Notes: a model not told the origin generated them from the sequence alone. DNA of 64,000 nt from Bacteroidota bacterium (GCA_023423285.1 JAFAFV010000214.1:53285-117284); one strand, 5' to 3'; shown: positions 9,709 through 20,238, counted from the first letter of the stretch. Made by a program: numbers and translations.

Positions 9709-11010
9709 TTATTTGTTCAGATAAATTAATGAAATCACACTTTTATTATAATCGTTCTGCAAATCAATATATGTATTCTGAATACTAATAGCCTGGTTGA
9801 TGAGCATCACATATTCAAGGTAGTTGATCTGACCGTTTAAAAATTGTTTGTTGGCCGTTTCGTGAATGGTACTGATATTTTTTAAATATCGGTTGTGATA
9901 CTCGCCCAGCATTTGCCTTAAGTGATTGTATTGTGCATAATATTTTAAGTAAGCATTTTGTAAAGCCTGCTTTTCTATTTGATAATTATTTGCAGCTACC
10001 TGCTCATTAATGCGGCCGGCTTTTATCCTGGCCTTTTGCGCCCCGGTAAATATTGGGATACCAATACCAATCTGTCCGGAATGAAACCTTTCACCAGCGT
10101 TGTATACATTATTGTCAGGGCCTGAACCCTGAAAACTGTTGTTGCTGTATCCCACCATCAGCTCTGGTAAAAGCTTTGACCGCTCCACATCGGTATGAAC
10201 TTTTACAATTTGTTGTTGCAACTCTGCAACTTTTAGGGCAGGATGTTCCTGTATGCTTTCAAAATTAAGTAAGGTATCATCGTTTAATGTGAGTACAGAT
10301 ACTGTTGGTATGTACCTGTTATCTGTATTGAGCAGCAACCTGAATATTTCTTCCAGCATCAGCATTTGCTGTGTTGCCTGTTCCTGTTGCAATTGTATAG
10401 CTGTACTTTGGGTTTCAAACGTTGTTTTCTCAAGAATGTTACTTTCACCTTTTTGCAGCCTGATGTTTGCCCGTTGCAAAAGATTTGCGTAAAGCGAATC
10501 CATACTTTTTAGTAGTGCACTTTTTCGCTGCAAATACACGTGATTATAGTATGTTTCTGTAACTACTCTCTTTAACTCGTATTCTCTTAATGAAACATTC
10601 ATCATTGCAGCTTCCCATTCTTTGGAAAATAATTGCTTTTGTTTTTGATACACAGCAGGCATACTGAATGATTGCGATACGATTATTTTTGTATCGAAAT
10701 AAGAACTGTTGACCTGACCAAACTCGGTATTTAATTGTGTAGGCGGAATATTGGCAGCAGAACTGATCAACACTTTCGCGTATTCAGTTTTTAATCTTTC
10801 ATTACTTACAGAAAGATTGTTTTTTAATGCCATTTCAATTGCTTCGGGGAGGTGGATGACAGTTTGTGCAACAGATTGCATTATGATTAACAGAAAAAAC
10901 AAAAATGTTATTCCCATTTTAACAGGCCCGGAAATGTGCTGCAGCACAAGTGAGTGACACAACCGGGATGAGATATATTCTACAGCACGTACCATAATAT
11001 TTTTTTTCAT
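9709..11010 (-). CDS. TolC/CzcC-family outer membrane efflux protein
   Basis: L.EAIEMALKNN, HPAL, LLPEL.VG, IGIPIF and GQINYLEY motifs. A signal-like segment starts at internal Met (10917). In frame with czcA. Confidence 0.85.
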   Translation of the reverse strand: MKKNIMVRAVEYISSRLCHSLVLQHISGPVKMGITFLFFLLIIMQSVAQTVIHLPEAIEMALKNNLSVSNERLKTEYAKVLISSAANIPPTQLNTEFGQVNSSYFDTKIIVSQSFSMPAVYQKQKQLFSKEWEAAMMNVSLREYELKRVVTETYYNHVYLQRKSALLKSMDSLYANLLQRANIRLQKGESNILEKTTFETQSTAIQLQQEQATQQMLMLEEIFRLLLNTDNRYIPTVSVLTLNDDTLLNFESIQEHPALKVAELQQQIVKVHTDVERSKLLPELMVGYSNNSFQGSGPDNNVYNAGERFHSGQIGIGIPIFTGAQKARIKAGRINEQVAANNYQIEKQALQNAYLKYYAQYNHLRQMLGEYHNRYLKNISTIHETANKQFLNGQINYLEYVMLINQAISIQNTYIDLQNDYNKSVISLIYLNK

Positions 11011-11049
11011 CTTAAAAATGATTTGGATAATGTCATAACAGGATAGATG

Positions 11050-14000
11050 TTAATCGCCTTTTGAATATTTCAATCTTTTATTTTTTAACCGGGGCAGTTT
11101 GATTCCTTTTTCAAACATCACATACAATACAGGCAATACGCCCAGTGTAAGTACTGTTGCAATCATCAAACCACCGATGACCACAGTAGCGAGTGGTCTC
11201 TGTACTTCCGCTCCCGCACCTGTACTTAGCGCCATTGGTAAAAAGCCTAGCGATGCCACAAATGCCGTCATGAGTACCGGCCTTAGGCGGATTTTAGTTC
11301 CCATCAACACTACGCGTCTTAAATCAGTCATGCCTTCCTTTTTCAGCCTGTTAAATTCTGCGATCAGCACAATACCGTTCAATACTGCAATGCCAAACAA
11401 CGCTATAAAACCCACGCTTGCACTTACGCTGAAAGGCATGCCACGGGCTGCAAGTAAGAAGATGCCACCAATTGCCGACAAGGGAATAGCAGTGTAAATT
11501 AGTAACGCATGTTTTACAGAATGAAAGGCAAAGTACAATAGGATAAAAATGAGCAAGAGTGATATTGGCACGGCAATCATCAACCTGCCTTTGGCATCAT
11601 TAAGGTTTTGAAATGAGCCGCCGTAGGTAACGTAATAACCGGGTGGTAATTGCAAACGGGCTGTAACTTTCTCCTGTAATTCTGTTACAACAGATTCTAC
11701 ATCTCGTCCACGAACATTAAAGCCAACAATGATCCTTCTTTTTGCATCCTCCCGCTGTATCTGATTAGGCCCTTCTTTAATAGAAACATCTGCCAACTGG
11801 TACAACGGAATTTGGATGCCGGAAGGGGCGGGAATTAGCAGGTTCTGAACATCTTCCAGATTTTTTTTCTCATCTGCTGCAAGTCTTACCACAATATCAA
11901 AACGCTTTTCATCTTCAAACATCAGCCCCGCGCTTTGCCCCGCGAACGCAGTATTCACCACCCGATTAATGTCTTCTACTGACAAGCCATACTGGGCAAT
12001 GAGTGGGCGGTTATAATCAATGATGATTTGCGGCATGCCGGTAACGGCTTCTACATACAGGTTTTTGGTTCCCTCAACAGTGCTCACAATTTTACCAAGT
12101 TCTTCAGCATTTGCAGCAAGGGAGTCAAGATTTTCACCAAAGATTTTGCAAACAACATCCTGGCGCGCCCCGGTCATCAGCTCATTAAAACGCATTTGCA
12201 CCGGGTACTGAAAACTGGCTGTGATGCCCGGAACGTCTTCTAAAGCTTTGCTCATTTTTTCTGCTAATTCATTGAAAGTTTTAGCAGAGGTCCAGCGCTT
12301 TTTATCTTTTAAAATAACCATCATATCACTGGCTTCCATCGGCATAGGATCTGTTGGCACTTCGCCACTACCTATTTTTGTTACAACCTTTTCTACTTCA
12401 GGGAAACGTGTTTTTAAAATATTCGCTGCTTTTTGTGTATAATTAATCGTTGTATTTAAATTACTACCTGTCAAAACTCTTGTATCTACTGCAAAATCTC
12501 CTTCCTCAAGAGATGGAATAAACTCACCGCCCATTCGTGAAAGAACGAATACCGATATGAAAAACAATGCCAGGGCAGTGACGATTACTAATTTGGGAAA
12601 CTGAAGAGTGCCAGACAGCATTTTTTGATAAACACGTTCAACTTTCACCATGATCTTATCAGAAAAATTTGGCTTGTGAGAGATTTTTTTACTCAGCACA
12701 AGTGAACTCATCATAGGTATGTAAGTGAGTGAAAGAATAAATGCGCCGATTAATGCAAAGACAACAGTTTGCGCCATAGGCTTGAACATTTTGCCTTCAA
12801 TACCTTGCAGCGTAAGGATGGGCAGGTAAACAATAAGAATAATGATTTGCCCGAATACCGCGCTGTTCATCATCTTACCGGCAGAAACTTTCACTTCCTC
12901 ATCCATTTGCGGTTGGGAAAGTTTTTGCATGTGTGTAAAGTGCTTGCTATGTGTAAGGCGGTGCATCACAGCCTCTACTATAATTACGGCGCCATCTACA
13001 ATTAGTCCAAAATCTAGTGCGCCAAGGCTCATCAAGTTACCGCTTACGCCAAATGTATTCATCATGATAATGGCGAAAAGCATAGATAGCGGGATTACGG
13101 ATGCCACTAACATTCCTGCGCGCATATTTCCCAGAAAAAGTACCAATACAAAAATCACGATCAGGGCACCTTCCAGCAAATTCGTCTCAACAGTTCTGAT
13201 GGCATTGTTCACCATTTTGGTACGATCAAGAAAAGGTTCAATCATGATGCCTTCTGGTAAACTGTTTTGTATTTGTGCTACGCGTTCTTTTACATTTTTG
13301 ATCACTTCGCTGCTATTGGCTCCCTTCAGCATCATTACAATAGCACCTGCCACTTCTCCCTCATCGTTGTATGTCATAGCTCCGTATCGGGTGGCATACC
13401 CAATCTTTACATCAGCCACATCTCTTATAAAAATAGGCGTGCCGGAAATTGTGTTTTTAATGGCTACATTCTCCACGTCTTCCACGTTGCCGATAAGCCC
13501 TTCACTACGGATGTACAAAACCGTGGGGCCTTTTTCAATATATGCGCCACCGGTATTCTGGTTGTTTGTTTCAAGCGCTGTAAATACATCATTAATGGTA
13601 ATGTTATAAGCATTCAGGCGGTTGGCATACACCGCTATAGTGTACTGTTTCAGCTTGCCACCAAAACTACTTACTTCGGCCACTCCTTTTACGCCCAGCA
13701 ATTGCCTGCGAATGATCCAGTCCTGAATAGTTCGCAATTCAATCGCGTTAAAGCGATGTTCATAACCAGGTTTAGGCTTTACCATGTACTGGTAAATTTC
13801 TCCAAGGCCGGTGCTGATCGGACCCAGCTCCGGGGTTCCGATTCCGTCCGGTATCTGGCTTTGTACTATTTGCAGCCTTTCAGTCACTTGTTGTCTGGCC
13901 CAGTACACATCGGTAGCATCATTAAATACTATTGTGACCAGTGATAATCCAAAACGTGAAAAACTCCTGATCTCTGTGATCCCGGAAATATTGCTGTTCG

Positions 14001-14214
14001 CCTGTTCTATAGGAAAAGTGATGAGCCTTTCTATATCTGTGGCCCCCAGGGCTGGCGCAGTAGTAATCACCTGCACCTGGTTGTTCGTTATATCCGGAAC
14101 GGCATCAATAGGCAGTTTGGTGGTTTCGTACGCGCCCACCAATACAAGCGCAAATATGAAAAGACCAACGATAAACTTATTTTTAATAGAAAATCCAATA
14201 ATCTTATTTAGCAT
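11050..14214 (-). CDS. czcA: Heavy-metal efflux RND transporter (CusA/CzcA family)
   Basis: LPIDAVPDIT, DFGLIVDGAVIIVE, EGKMFKPMA, RLRPVLMTA and EVQRPLATVVIGG motifs. Confidence 0.95.
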   Translation of the reverse strand: MLNKIIGFSIKNKFIVGLFIFALVLVGAYETTKLPIDAVPDITNNQVQVITTAPALGATDIERLITFPIEQANSNISGITEIRSFSRFGLSLVTIVFNDATDVYWARQQVTERLQIVQSQIPDGIGTPELGPISTGLGEIYQYMVKPKPGYEHRFNAIELRTIQDWIIRRQLLGVKGVAEVSSFGGKLKQYTIAVYANRLNAYNITINDVFTALETNNQNTGGAYIEKGPTVLYIRSEGLIGNVEDVENVAIKNTISGTPIFIRDVADVKIGYATRYGAMTYNDEGEVAGAIVMMLKGANSSEVIKNVKERVAQIQNSLPEGIMIEPFLDRTKMVNNAIRTVETNLLEGALIVIFVLVLFLGNMRAGMLVASVIPLSMLFAIIMMNTFGVSGNLMSLGALDFGLIVDGAVIIVEAVMHRLTHSKHFTHMQKLSQPQMDEEVKVSAGKMMNSAVFGQIIILIVYLPILTLQGIEGKMFKPMAQTVVFALIGAFILSLTYIPMMSSLVLSKKISHKPNFSDKIMVKVERVYQKMLSGTLQFPKLVIVTALALFFISVFVLSRMGGEFIPSLEEGDFAVDTRVLTGSNLNTTINYTQKAANILKTRFPEVEKVVTKIGSGEVPTDPMPMEASDMMVILKDKKRWTSAKTFNELAEKMSKALEDVPGITASFQYPVQMRFNELMTGARQDVVCKIFGENLDSLAANAEELGKIVSTVEGTKNLYVEAVTGMPQIIIDYNRPLIAQYGLSVEDINRVVNTAFAGQSAGLMFEDEKRFDIVVRLAADEKKNLEDVQNLLIPAPSGIQIPLYQLADVSIKEGPNQIQREDAKRRIIVGFNVRGRDVESVVTELQEKVTARLQLPPGYYVTYGGSFQNLNDAKGRLMIAVPISLLLIFILLYFAFHSVKHALLIYTAIPLSAIGGIFLLAARGMPFSVSASVGFIALFGIAVLNGIVLIAEFNRLKKEGMTDLRRVVLMGTKIRLRPVLMTAFVASLGFLPMALSTGAGAEVQRPLATVVIGGLMIATVLTLGVLPVLYVMFEKGIKLPRLKNKRLKYSKGD

Positions 14215-14391
14215 TTATTGCTTATTATTTTTAACAAGACGGGTAACTGCAGATAGCCAAGCAACATTTTATTAGCCTGGCAGGATTCAATCATGTGTAT
14301 TATGGAGTAATGTGGATTTCTTTAGATGACAAATTTCGTCAGCAGCCGGAAAAATTTCTGAGCAGTAATACAAAGATTGACACATTAACAA

Positions 14392-14772
14392 TCAGGTACG
14401 GGGAGGTTGCCAGATATTGTGAGTAAAATTGTCAGTTGGTACTGCTAGGTTTTGCAGCCTGAACGCTTTTATTATTAAGCCGGTTTGCGGTTTGAAAATA
14501 ATAAGTGCAACCGGCTGAGCTAATGCTATGGTGTTATAGCATTGGGTTGCTAAATTTTTAAATGGCAGTTTCATTCCTTCATGGCTGTTAGCATTATTTC
14601 CATCATCATTTATATAATGTACGATGATAAAAGTTGACAAACTCAAGCCAGGGTCAGCAGCCTTATGTTCTGTAAAATGTTTTATAAGAGTGCTGAGCTT
14701 AAAAAATTCACTTGCATTGGTGGTTGCCAGAAAAAACGATACTAAAAACAGTATGGAGGCAGCTTTTTTCAA
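14392..14772 (-). CDS. Small exported His-containing protein ending IWQPPRT, upstream of the czc operon
   Basis: Hydrophobic N-terminus; HFTEH, HY, H, KLPFK and C-terminal WQPP; TTG start 6 nt after TACCTTTG. Confidence 0.75.
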   Translation of the reverse strand: MKKAASILFLVSFFLATTNASEFFKLSTLIKHFTEHKAADPGLSLSTFIIVHYINDDGNNANSHEGMKLPFKNLATQCYNTIALAQPVALIIFKPQTGLIIKAFRLQNLAVPTDNFTHNIWQPPRT

Positions 14773-14778
14773 TACTTA

Positions 14779-14786
14779 CAAAGGTA
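14779..14786 (-). promoter_or_regulatory. -7 promoter element of the uORF-czc unit
   Basis: TACCTTTG on the - strand, 6 nt before the TTG start. Confidence 0.65.
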
Positions 14787-14932
14787 ACCAAAATATATAT
14801 GTACAGTGATTTTAAGAATCAAATAATTTATAGTTACGACGTAAAATAGTTACGCTTGAACGCTGATAAACATTGTGCCTTAATTAATAAAGTTGTTGAA
14901 AACTTCGCTCCGCCAAACCCTTCAATTCCCCT

Positions 14933-14940
14933 TACATTTG
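14933..14940 (+). promoter_or_regulatory. -7 promoter element for tex
   Basis: TACATTTG. Confidence 0.6.
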
Positions 14941-14959
14941 CACCCCAAATAAATTGAGC

Positions 14960-17224
14960 ATGGATATTAAGTACATACAACAAATAGCAACAGACCTTTC
15001 GTTAAATATAAAGTATGTTACCAATGTAATGCAGTTGCATGCAGAAGGTGCTACCATTCCTTTTATCAGCCGCTACCGCAAAGAGGCCACCGGCAATATG
15101 GATGAAGTGCAGGTGGCCGACGTAATTGAAAAAATTAAATATTACGATGAACTTGAAAAGCGCAAGGACACTGTTTTAAAAACGATTGAGGCTGCCGGCA
15201 AACTCACGCCGGAACTCAAACTAAGGATTGAAAATTCTATTATTGCAACAGAGCTGGAAGATATTTATCTGCCTTACAAACCAAAACGCAAAACAAAGGC
15301 TACTGTCGCAATTGAAAAAGGGCTTGAGCCGCTTGCCAGGTTATTATTTGATCAGCAGAATATCAATGTAGAAAAGGAAGCCACAAAATACATAACTGAA
15401 CAGGTACTTACTACGGCAGAAGCATTACAGGGCGCACGGGATATTATGGCTGAATGGGTGGCAGAAAGCGAGCAGGCCAGAACCCTTATCAGGTCTATGT
15501 TTGAAGAAACCGCTATGTTATCATCAAGAGTGCTGACTACAAAAAAGGAAGAGGCAGACGCGCAGAAATACCGTGACTATTTTGATTTTAGAGAGACCTT
15601 GTCTCAATCGCCCTCGCACCGCATATTGGCAATCAGAAGAGGGGAGAAAGAAGGTTTTTTAATCATGGATATTTCCATAGAGAAAGATGCTGCCCTTGCC
15701 CAATTGAAAAAAATCTTTATTATTTCTTCCAATGAAGCCGCACAACAACTTGAGCTTGCTATTGAAGACAGTTACAACCGCCTTTTAAAGCAATCCATTG
15801 AAACGGAGTTTCGCATGAGCAGTAAAGCCCGCGCCGACGAAGAAGCCATCAGGGTGTTTGCCGAAAACCTGCGCCAATTATTACTTGCACCGCCTTTAGG
15901 CCACAAAAGAGTGTTGGCAATAGACCCGGGATTCCGTACCGGTTGCAAAGTGGTTTGTCTTGATGAAAGCGGCACCTTCTTAAAATACCAAACAATATTT
16001 CCGCATGCGCCGCAAAACCATTGGTCTGAAGCTAGCGAAGCGCTCAAACAATTAGTTGAGCAGTATCATATTGAAGCCATTGGCTATGGTAATGGCACTG
16101 CAAGTAAAGAAACGGATCAACTCATTCGTAGCATTGACTTTGGTAAGCCCGTGGCAATATTTATGGTGAACGAAAGTGGCGCTTCCATTTACTCTGCCAG
16201 TCAGGCCGCACGCGAAGAATTTCCTGATGAAGATGTAACAGTACGTGGCGCCATCAGTATTGGCCGCCGGTTGCTGGATCCGCTGAGTGAGCTTGTAAAG
16301 ATAGATGCGAAAAGTATTGGGGTGGGGCAGTATCAGCACGATGTGAATCAAAACCGGTTAAAAGACAGCTTGGACAACGTGGTGGAAAGCTGCGTGAACT
16401 ACGTGGGCGTGGATGTAAACACTGCCAGCAAACATTTGCTGATGTACGTTTCCGGGCTTACCGCTACCACTGCAAAAAATATTGTGGAGCACCGCAAAAA
16501 GAACGGGCCTTTTAAAAAGCGTGATGAACTTCTGAAAGTATCCATGCTTGGCCCAAAGGCTTATGAGCAGTGTGCAGGATTTTTGCGCATTCCTAATGCT
16601 GAAAATCCTTTGGATAATTCTTCAGTACATCCTGAAAGCTATGGAGTGGTGCATCACATGGCGGCTGAATTGCATTGTACGGTAAACGACCTGATCAGCA
16701 ACTCAGAGATTCGTAAAAAGATAAAACCACAACAATTTGTTACAGAAACTACCGGACAATATACTATTGAAGATATTTTAAAAGAACTGGAAAAACCCGG
16801 TCGCGACCCGCGTGAAGCGATTGAAGCGTTTCGATTTGCCGATGGGCTTTCAGGCATTGAAGATTTAAAACCCGGCATGAAGGTGCCGGGCATCGTTACC
16901 AATATTACCAACTTCGGTGCATTTGTTGACGTAGGCGTGAAGCAGGACGGCTTGGTACATGTTTCTCACATGGCTAACAGGTATGTCAGCGATCCGAATG
17001 AAGTGATTAAGCTCAATCAAAAAGTGATGGTAACTGTGCTGGAAGTCGATGCTTTGAGAAAAAGAATTTCTTTAAGTATGAAAGAAGCGGAGCTAAAAAA
17101 TGAAAAGTCAAAGGCAAATGGTGGTGCAGCTTATGCCGGCAGAAATGCACACAAACAAAAGGAGCCGGCTAAAAATAGTTTCCAATCGAGCCTGGAGATG
17201 TTACGGAAAAAATTTGACCGCTAA
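14960..17224 (+). CDS. tex: Tex family RNA-binding transcriptional accessory protein
   Basis: GATIPFISRYRKE, AIDPGFRTGCK (YqgF-like), HhH region, C-terminal S1 domain (TNFGAFVDVGVKQDGLVH). Confidence 0.95.
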   Translation: MDIKYIQQIATDLSLNIKYVTNVMQLHAEGATIPFISRYRKEATGNMDEVQVADVIEKIKYYDELEKRKDTVLKTIEAAGKLTPELKLRIENSIIATELEDIYLPYKPKRKTKATVAIEKGLEPLARLLFDQQNINVEKEATKYITEQVLTTAEALQGARDIMAEWVAESEQARTLIRSMFEETAMLSSRVLTTKKEEADAQKYRDYFDFRETLSQSPSHRILAIRRGEKEGFLIMDISIEKDAALAQLKKIFIISSNEAAQQLELAIEDSYNRLLKQSIETEFRMSSKARADEEAIRVFAENLRQLLLAPPLGHKRVLAIDPGFRTGCKVVCLDESGTFLKYQTIFPHAPQNHWSEASEALKQLVEQYHIEAIGYGNGTASKETDQLIRSIDFGKPVAIFMVNESGASIYSASQAAREEFPDEDVTVRGAISIGRRLLDPLSELVKIDAKSIGVGQYQHDVNQNRLKDSLDNVVESCVNYVGVDVNTASKHLLMYVSGLTATTAKNIVEHRKKNGPFKKRDELLKVSMLGPKAYEQCAGFLRIPNAENPLDNSSVHPESYGVVHHMAAELHCTVNDLISNSEIRKKIKPQQFVTETTGQYTIEDILKELEKPGRDPREAIEAFRFADGLSGIEDLKPGMKVPGIVTNITNFGAFVDVGVKQDGLVHVSHMANRYVSDPNEVIKLNQKVMVTVLEVDALRKRISLSMKEAELKNEKSKANGGAAYAGRNAHKQKEPAKNSFQSSLEMLRKKFDR

Positions 17225-17384
17225 CCCTTTAAAGTAGCAAGCAGAGAGCGGTTCGGCGATAAAGTCACCAGTCGGAAAAAGCTGTAGCACCGCCATCTCC
17301 AAAGCGGAGCAGGATGGACTGAAAGTACCGCGAAAGAAAAAAAGCGCCTGCTAAAAAGGCTGCAAAAAATAGAATTAGAAATTT

Positions 17385-18587
17385 TTAGTCTATACGTTTA
17401 TTTTTTCTTGTCATGATGGCTATACCTAACGTTATTTTGTGTATGGAACCGCTAAGATCTGTATACTTATTTCTTTCAGGCGTGAGTAAATATCCGTAAG
17501 TCAATCTGAGAGCTGTAGTTTGCGTTACATTGTTCCAGTACATGGAATACGCATTTTTTTGTTTATTACTTAATTTGAAATCAGTGATAAAACCAATTGT
17601 TCCCGCAATATTTGTTTTAATGCCTGCTTCTTTGAGTTCAGGATTTTTTTCAAAGTCCGCATTGGAAGGAAGCCCAAACAGGCCAACACTAACATAAGGC
17701 GCCATGCTGAACTTGTGCTGATCTAATAAATAATAACCGGCAGCGAGGTCTATATGTCCGCCGAAGGTTTTAGAACCCGTCGGCCATGTAACATCTGCCA
17801 CAGGCATATCGGCGATTGTTTTGCCAAAAGCAAACGCAACATTTAGCTGAAATAACCATTTGTTATGCAAGGCATCAACTCCAAAGCCAATTACGGTTTG
17901 ATTTTTAAAATATTCTTTAGCATTTCCTGAAAGCAATAAGGTGCCGGCATGAATAGTGTAACCTGTACCGAAATTGGTGGGTTCCATCTTCATGCGAATA
18001 TACTTCTTTACAAAACCGCCGTATGGGCTGCTAGAGTAATTATTTAAAAATTGATCAGCAAGCAGGTTTAATTCTTCCTGCTTTGGATGAATATAGCCCA
18101 GACTTTCATTCAGGTATTTTAAGGCAATAATGAGAAGGTCTATTTCTTCTTTAGTAAGCATTGCATTGCTTATGTCATCAATCAAAGAGCTTTCTTTATC
18201 TTTTGATTTTTCAATAAGTTTGGTGGTCAGATAATCGTTTGCAGGAGGAATTCTTTTGACCTTTGAATGGATCATAACGGAGTCTGGGGTGGCAATGGTT
18301 TTCAAAATTGCGGTGTAATCTTTCATCCAATAAGATAAAAGCCAAAACTCCTGCGGATATAAAGCGATGTAGTTTTCATCATCAAGCCCCATCAGGTAGT
18401 TCACCTCAGTCATCACGCCGTACATATTATTTTCAATGAAATGGTCCAGCAGCATTCGCCTTGATTTTTCAATAGCTTCAGATTTAAATTCTACCGAAAC
18501 GGGATTATGGATCTGTGTACTGTCGGTTTGGGCGTACACTACAATGCCTGTAAGCGTTGCGAAGGCAACAAGTATCAATTTCTTCAT
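17385..18587 (-). CDS. Hypothetical exported protein, possible C-terminal outer-membrane beta-barrel
   Basis: Signal peptide MKKLILVAF..VYAQ; helical N-half; amphipathic beta strands in the C-half. Confidence 0.6.
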   Translation of the reverse strand: MKKLILVAFATLTGIVVYAQTDSTQIHNPVSVEFKSEAIEKSRRMLLDHFIENNMYGVMTEVNYLMGLDDENYIALYPQEFWLLSYWMKDYTAILKTIATPDSVMIHSKVKRIPPANDYLTTKLIEKSKDKESSLIDDISNAMLTKEEIDLLIIALKYLNESLGYIHPKQEELNLLADQFLNNYSSSPYGGFVKKYIRMKMEPTNFGTGYTIHAGTLLLSGNAKEYFKNQTVIGFGVDALHNKWLFQLNVAFAFGKTIADMPVADVTWPTGSKTFGGHIDLAAGYYLLDQHKFSMAPYVSVGLFGLPSNADFEKNPELKEAGIKTNIAGTIGFITDFKLSNKQKNAYSMYWNNVTQTTALRLTYGYLLTPERNKYTDLSGSIHKITLGIAIMTRKNKRID

Positions 18588-18655
18588 AAATAGTTTTGTA
18601 TAAAGATGCGGTAATCGCAAAATTACACAAACTATGTGTTACAAAATGTAGGAGA

Positions 18656-20176
18656 TTAAATGATATTCAGCATCTTTTGTGTGGCCTTAATAGCAGCCAC
18701 GGTCTGGTCGCTGTCAAGCCCGGTGGTAGTAAACTCCCGCCCGTTGTGTTCCCAGGTAATGATGGTTTCGCAAAGCGCATCTGAATTGCCGCCTGGCGGT
18801 ATGCGCACAACATAGTCAGTAAGCTTTGCAAGTTCTATTTTTTTTACGCTACATATTTTACGCAGCGCATTCATAAAAGCATCGTATTGGCCGTCGCCCT
18901 GGGCGTGTTCTTCTACTACTTTATTATCTTCAAAGCGTAGCTTAACGGTAGTAGATGGGCGCATGTCTTTTGAATGTGTAAGCACATAATTTTCCACCAC
19001 TATTTTTTCGGTAATGCCGCTGCTGTCCAGCACATCAGAAATAATGTAAGGAAGATCATCCTGTGTCACGGTTTCTTTTTGGTCGCCAAGTTCAATGATG
19101 CGTTGCGTAACCTTTTTAAGATCGTTATCATTTAACTGAATGCCCAACTGTTTCAGGTTGTTTTCAATATTGGCTTTGCCCGATGTTTTGCCAAGCGCGT
19201 ACTTACGTTTGCGGCCAAATCTTTCAGGCAGAAGATCATTGTAATAAAGACCTTTCTTTTTATCGCCATCAGCATGAATGCCTGCTGTTTGTGTGAACAC
19301 ATTTTCACCAACAATGGGTTTACTGGGAGACACTCTGAAGCCTGAAAACGCCTGCACCAGTTTGCTTACTTTATAAAGAGCTTTTTCATTTACTGATGTT
19401 TTCACATCCTTCACGTAATCATTCAGTACGGCCACAGTGCTTTCCAGCGGGGTGTTGCCTGCTCGTTCGCCCATGCCGTTGATAGTGAGGTGTAAGCCGT
19501 TCACGCCGGCTTTTACTGCTTCAAGCGCGTTGGCCACGCTGAGGTCGTAGTCATTATGTCCGTGAAAATCTATATGCAATTGCGGGTAGCGCTGCCTGAT
19601 CTCGTGGAGATACTGATACGTTTCTGAAGGAATGAGTACTCCCAGGGTATCTGGCAATAAAATCCTTTTAATATGCTGGCTAACTAAAAAGTCAATGTAC
19701 TGAAAAACGTACTCTTTGGAATGACGCATGCCGTTGCTCCAGTCTTCCAGGTATACGTTTACATCTATCCCTTTTTTATCTGCCAGTTGTAATACGTTAA
19801 GAACATCTTGAAAATGTTCTTCGGGTTTTTTCTTTAACTGGTGCGTAAGGTGGTTGAGCGAACCCTTTGTAAGAAGGTTCATCACACGCGCACCGGTTTT
19901 TTCCATCCAGTTGATGGATGTGTCACCGTCAACAAATGTCAAAACTTCCACGCGGTCAATATAGCCGTGGGAGCGTGCCCAGTCTGTAATGGCCTTAACT
20001 GCCTGAAACTCGCCTTCGCTTACACGTGCTGATGCTATTTCAATGCGGTCAACTTTTACTTCGGTTAAAAGCAGTTGTGCAATGGTAAGTTTTTCCTGTG
20101 ACGAAAAGGATACGCCGCTGGTTTGCTCACCATCGCGCAGGGTGGTATCCATTATTTCAATATGACGGGGATTCAT
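18656..20176 (-). CDS. cimA: (R)-citramalate synthase (LeuA family, Leptospira/Bacteroidota type)
   Basis: DTTLRDGEQT, VDRIEIASARVS, YLEDWSNG, HGHND, GERAGN and a regulatory C-domain. DRIEIASARVS and EDWSNG resemble CimA rather than canonical LeuA. Confidence 0.8.
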   Translation of the reverse strand: MNPRHIEIMDTTLRDGEQTSGVSFSSQEKLTIAQLLLTEVKVDRIEIASARVSEGEFQAVKAITDWARSHGYIDRVEVLTFVDGDTSINWMEKTGARVMNLLTKGSLNHLTHQLKKKPEEHFQDVLNVLQLADKKGIDVNVYLEDWSNGMRHSKEYVFQYIDFLVSQHIKRILLPDTLGVLIPSETYQYLHEIRQRYPQLHIDFHGHNDYDLSVANALEAVKAGVNGLHLTINGMGERAGNTPLESTVAVLNDYVKDVKTSVNEKALYKVSKLVQAFSGFRVSPSKPIVGENVFTQTAGIHADGDKKKGLYYNDLLPERFGRKRKYALGKTSGKANIENNLKQLGIQLNDNDLKKVTQRIIELGDQKETVTQDDLPYIISDVLDSSGITEKIVVENYVLTHSKDMRPSTTVKLRFEDNKVVEEHAQGDGQYDAFMNALRKICSVKKIELAKLTDYVVRIPPGGNSDALCETIITWEHNGREFTTTGLDSDQTVAAIKATQKMLNII

Positions 20177-20238
20177 GTTTTAAAACTTCTTGTTTGCGGC
20201 AAATGCTTTTATGTAGATGCAAGCGTTTTGGCTATAAT

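Noticed and set aside
11044..11052. TAA-CAT-CTA resembling the eukaryotic/viral CARYYA readthrough context
   Set aside because: Imperfect match, and that signal is not established for bacterial termination.
17225..17384. RKKAPAKKAAK-like histone-tail fragment in the spacer after tex
   Set aside because: Low complexity, interrupted by stops and frameshifts, with no start. It may be a gene remnant but cannot be supported.
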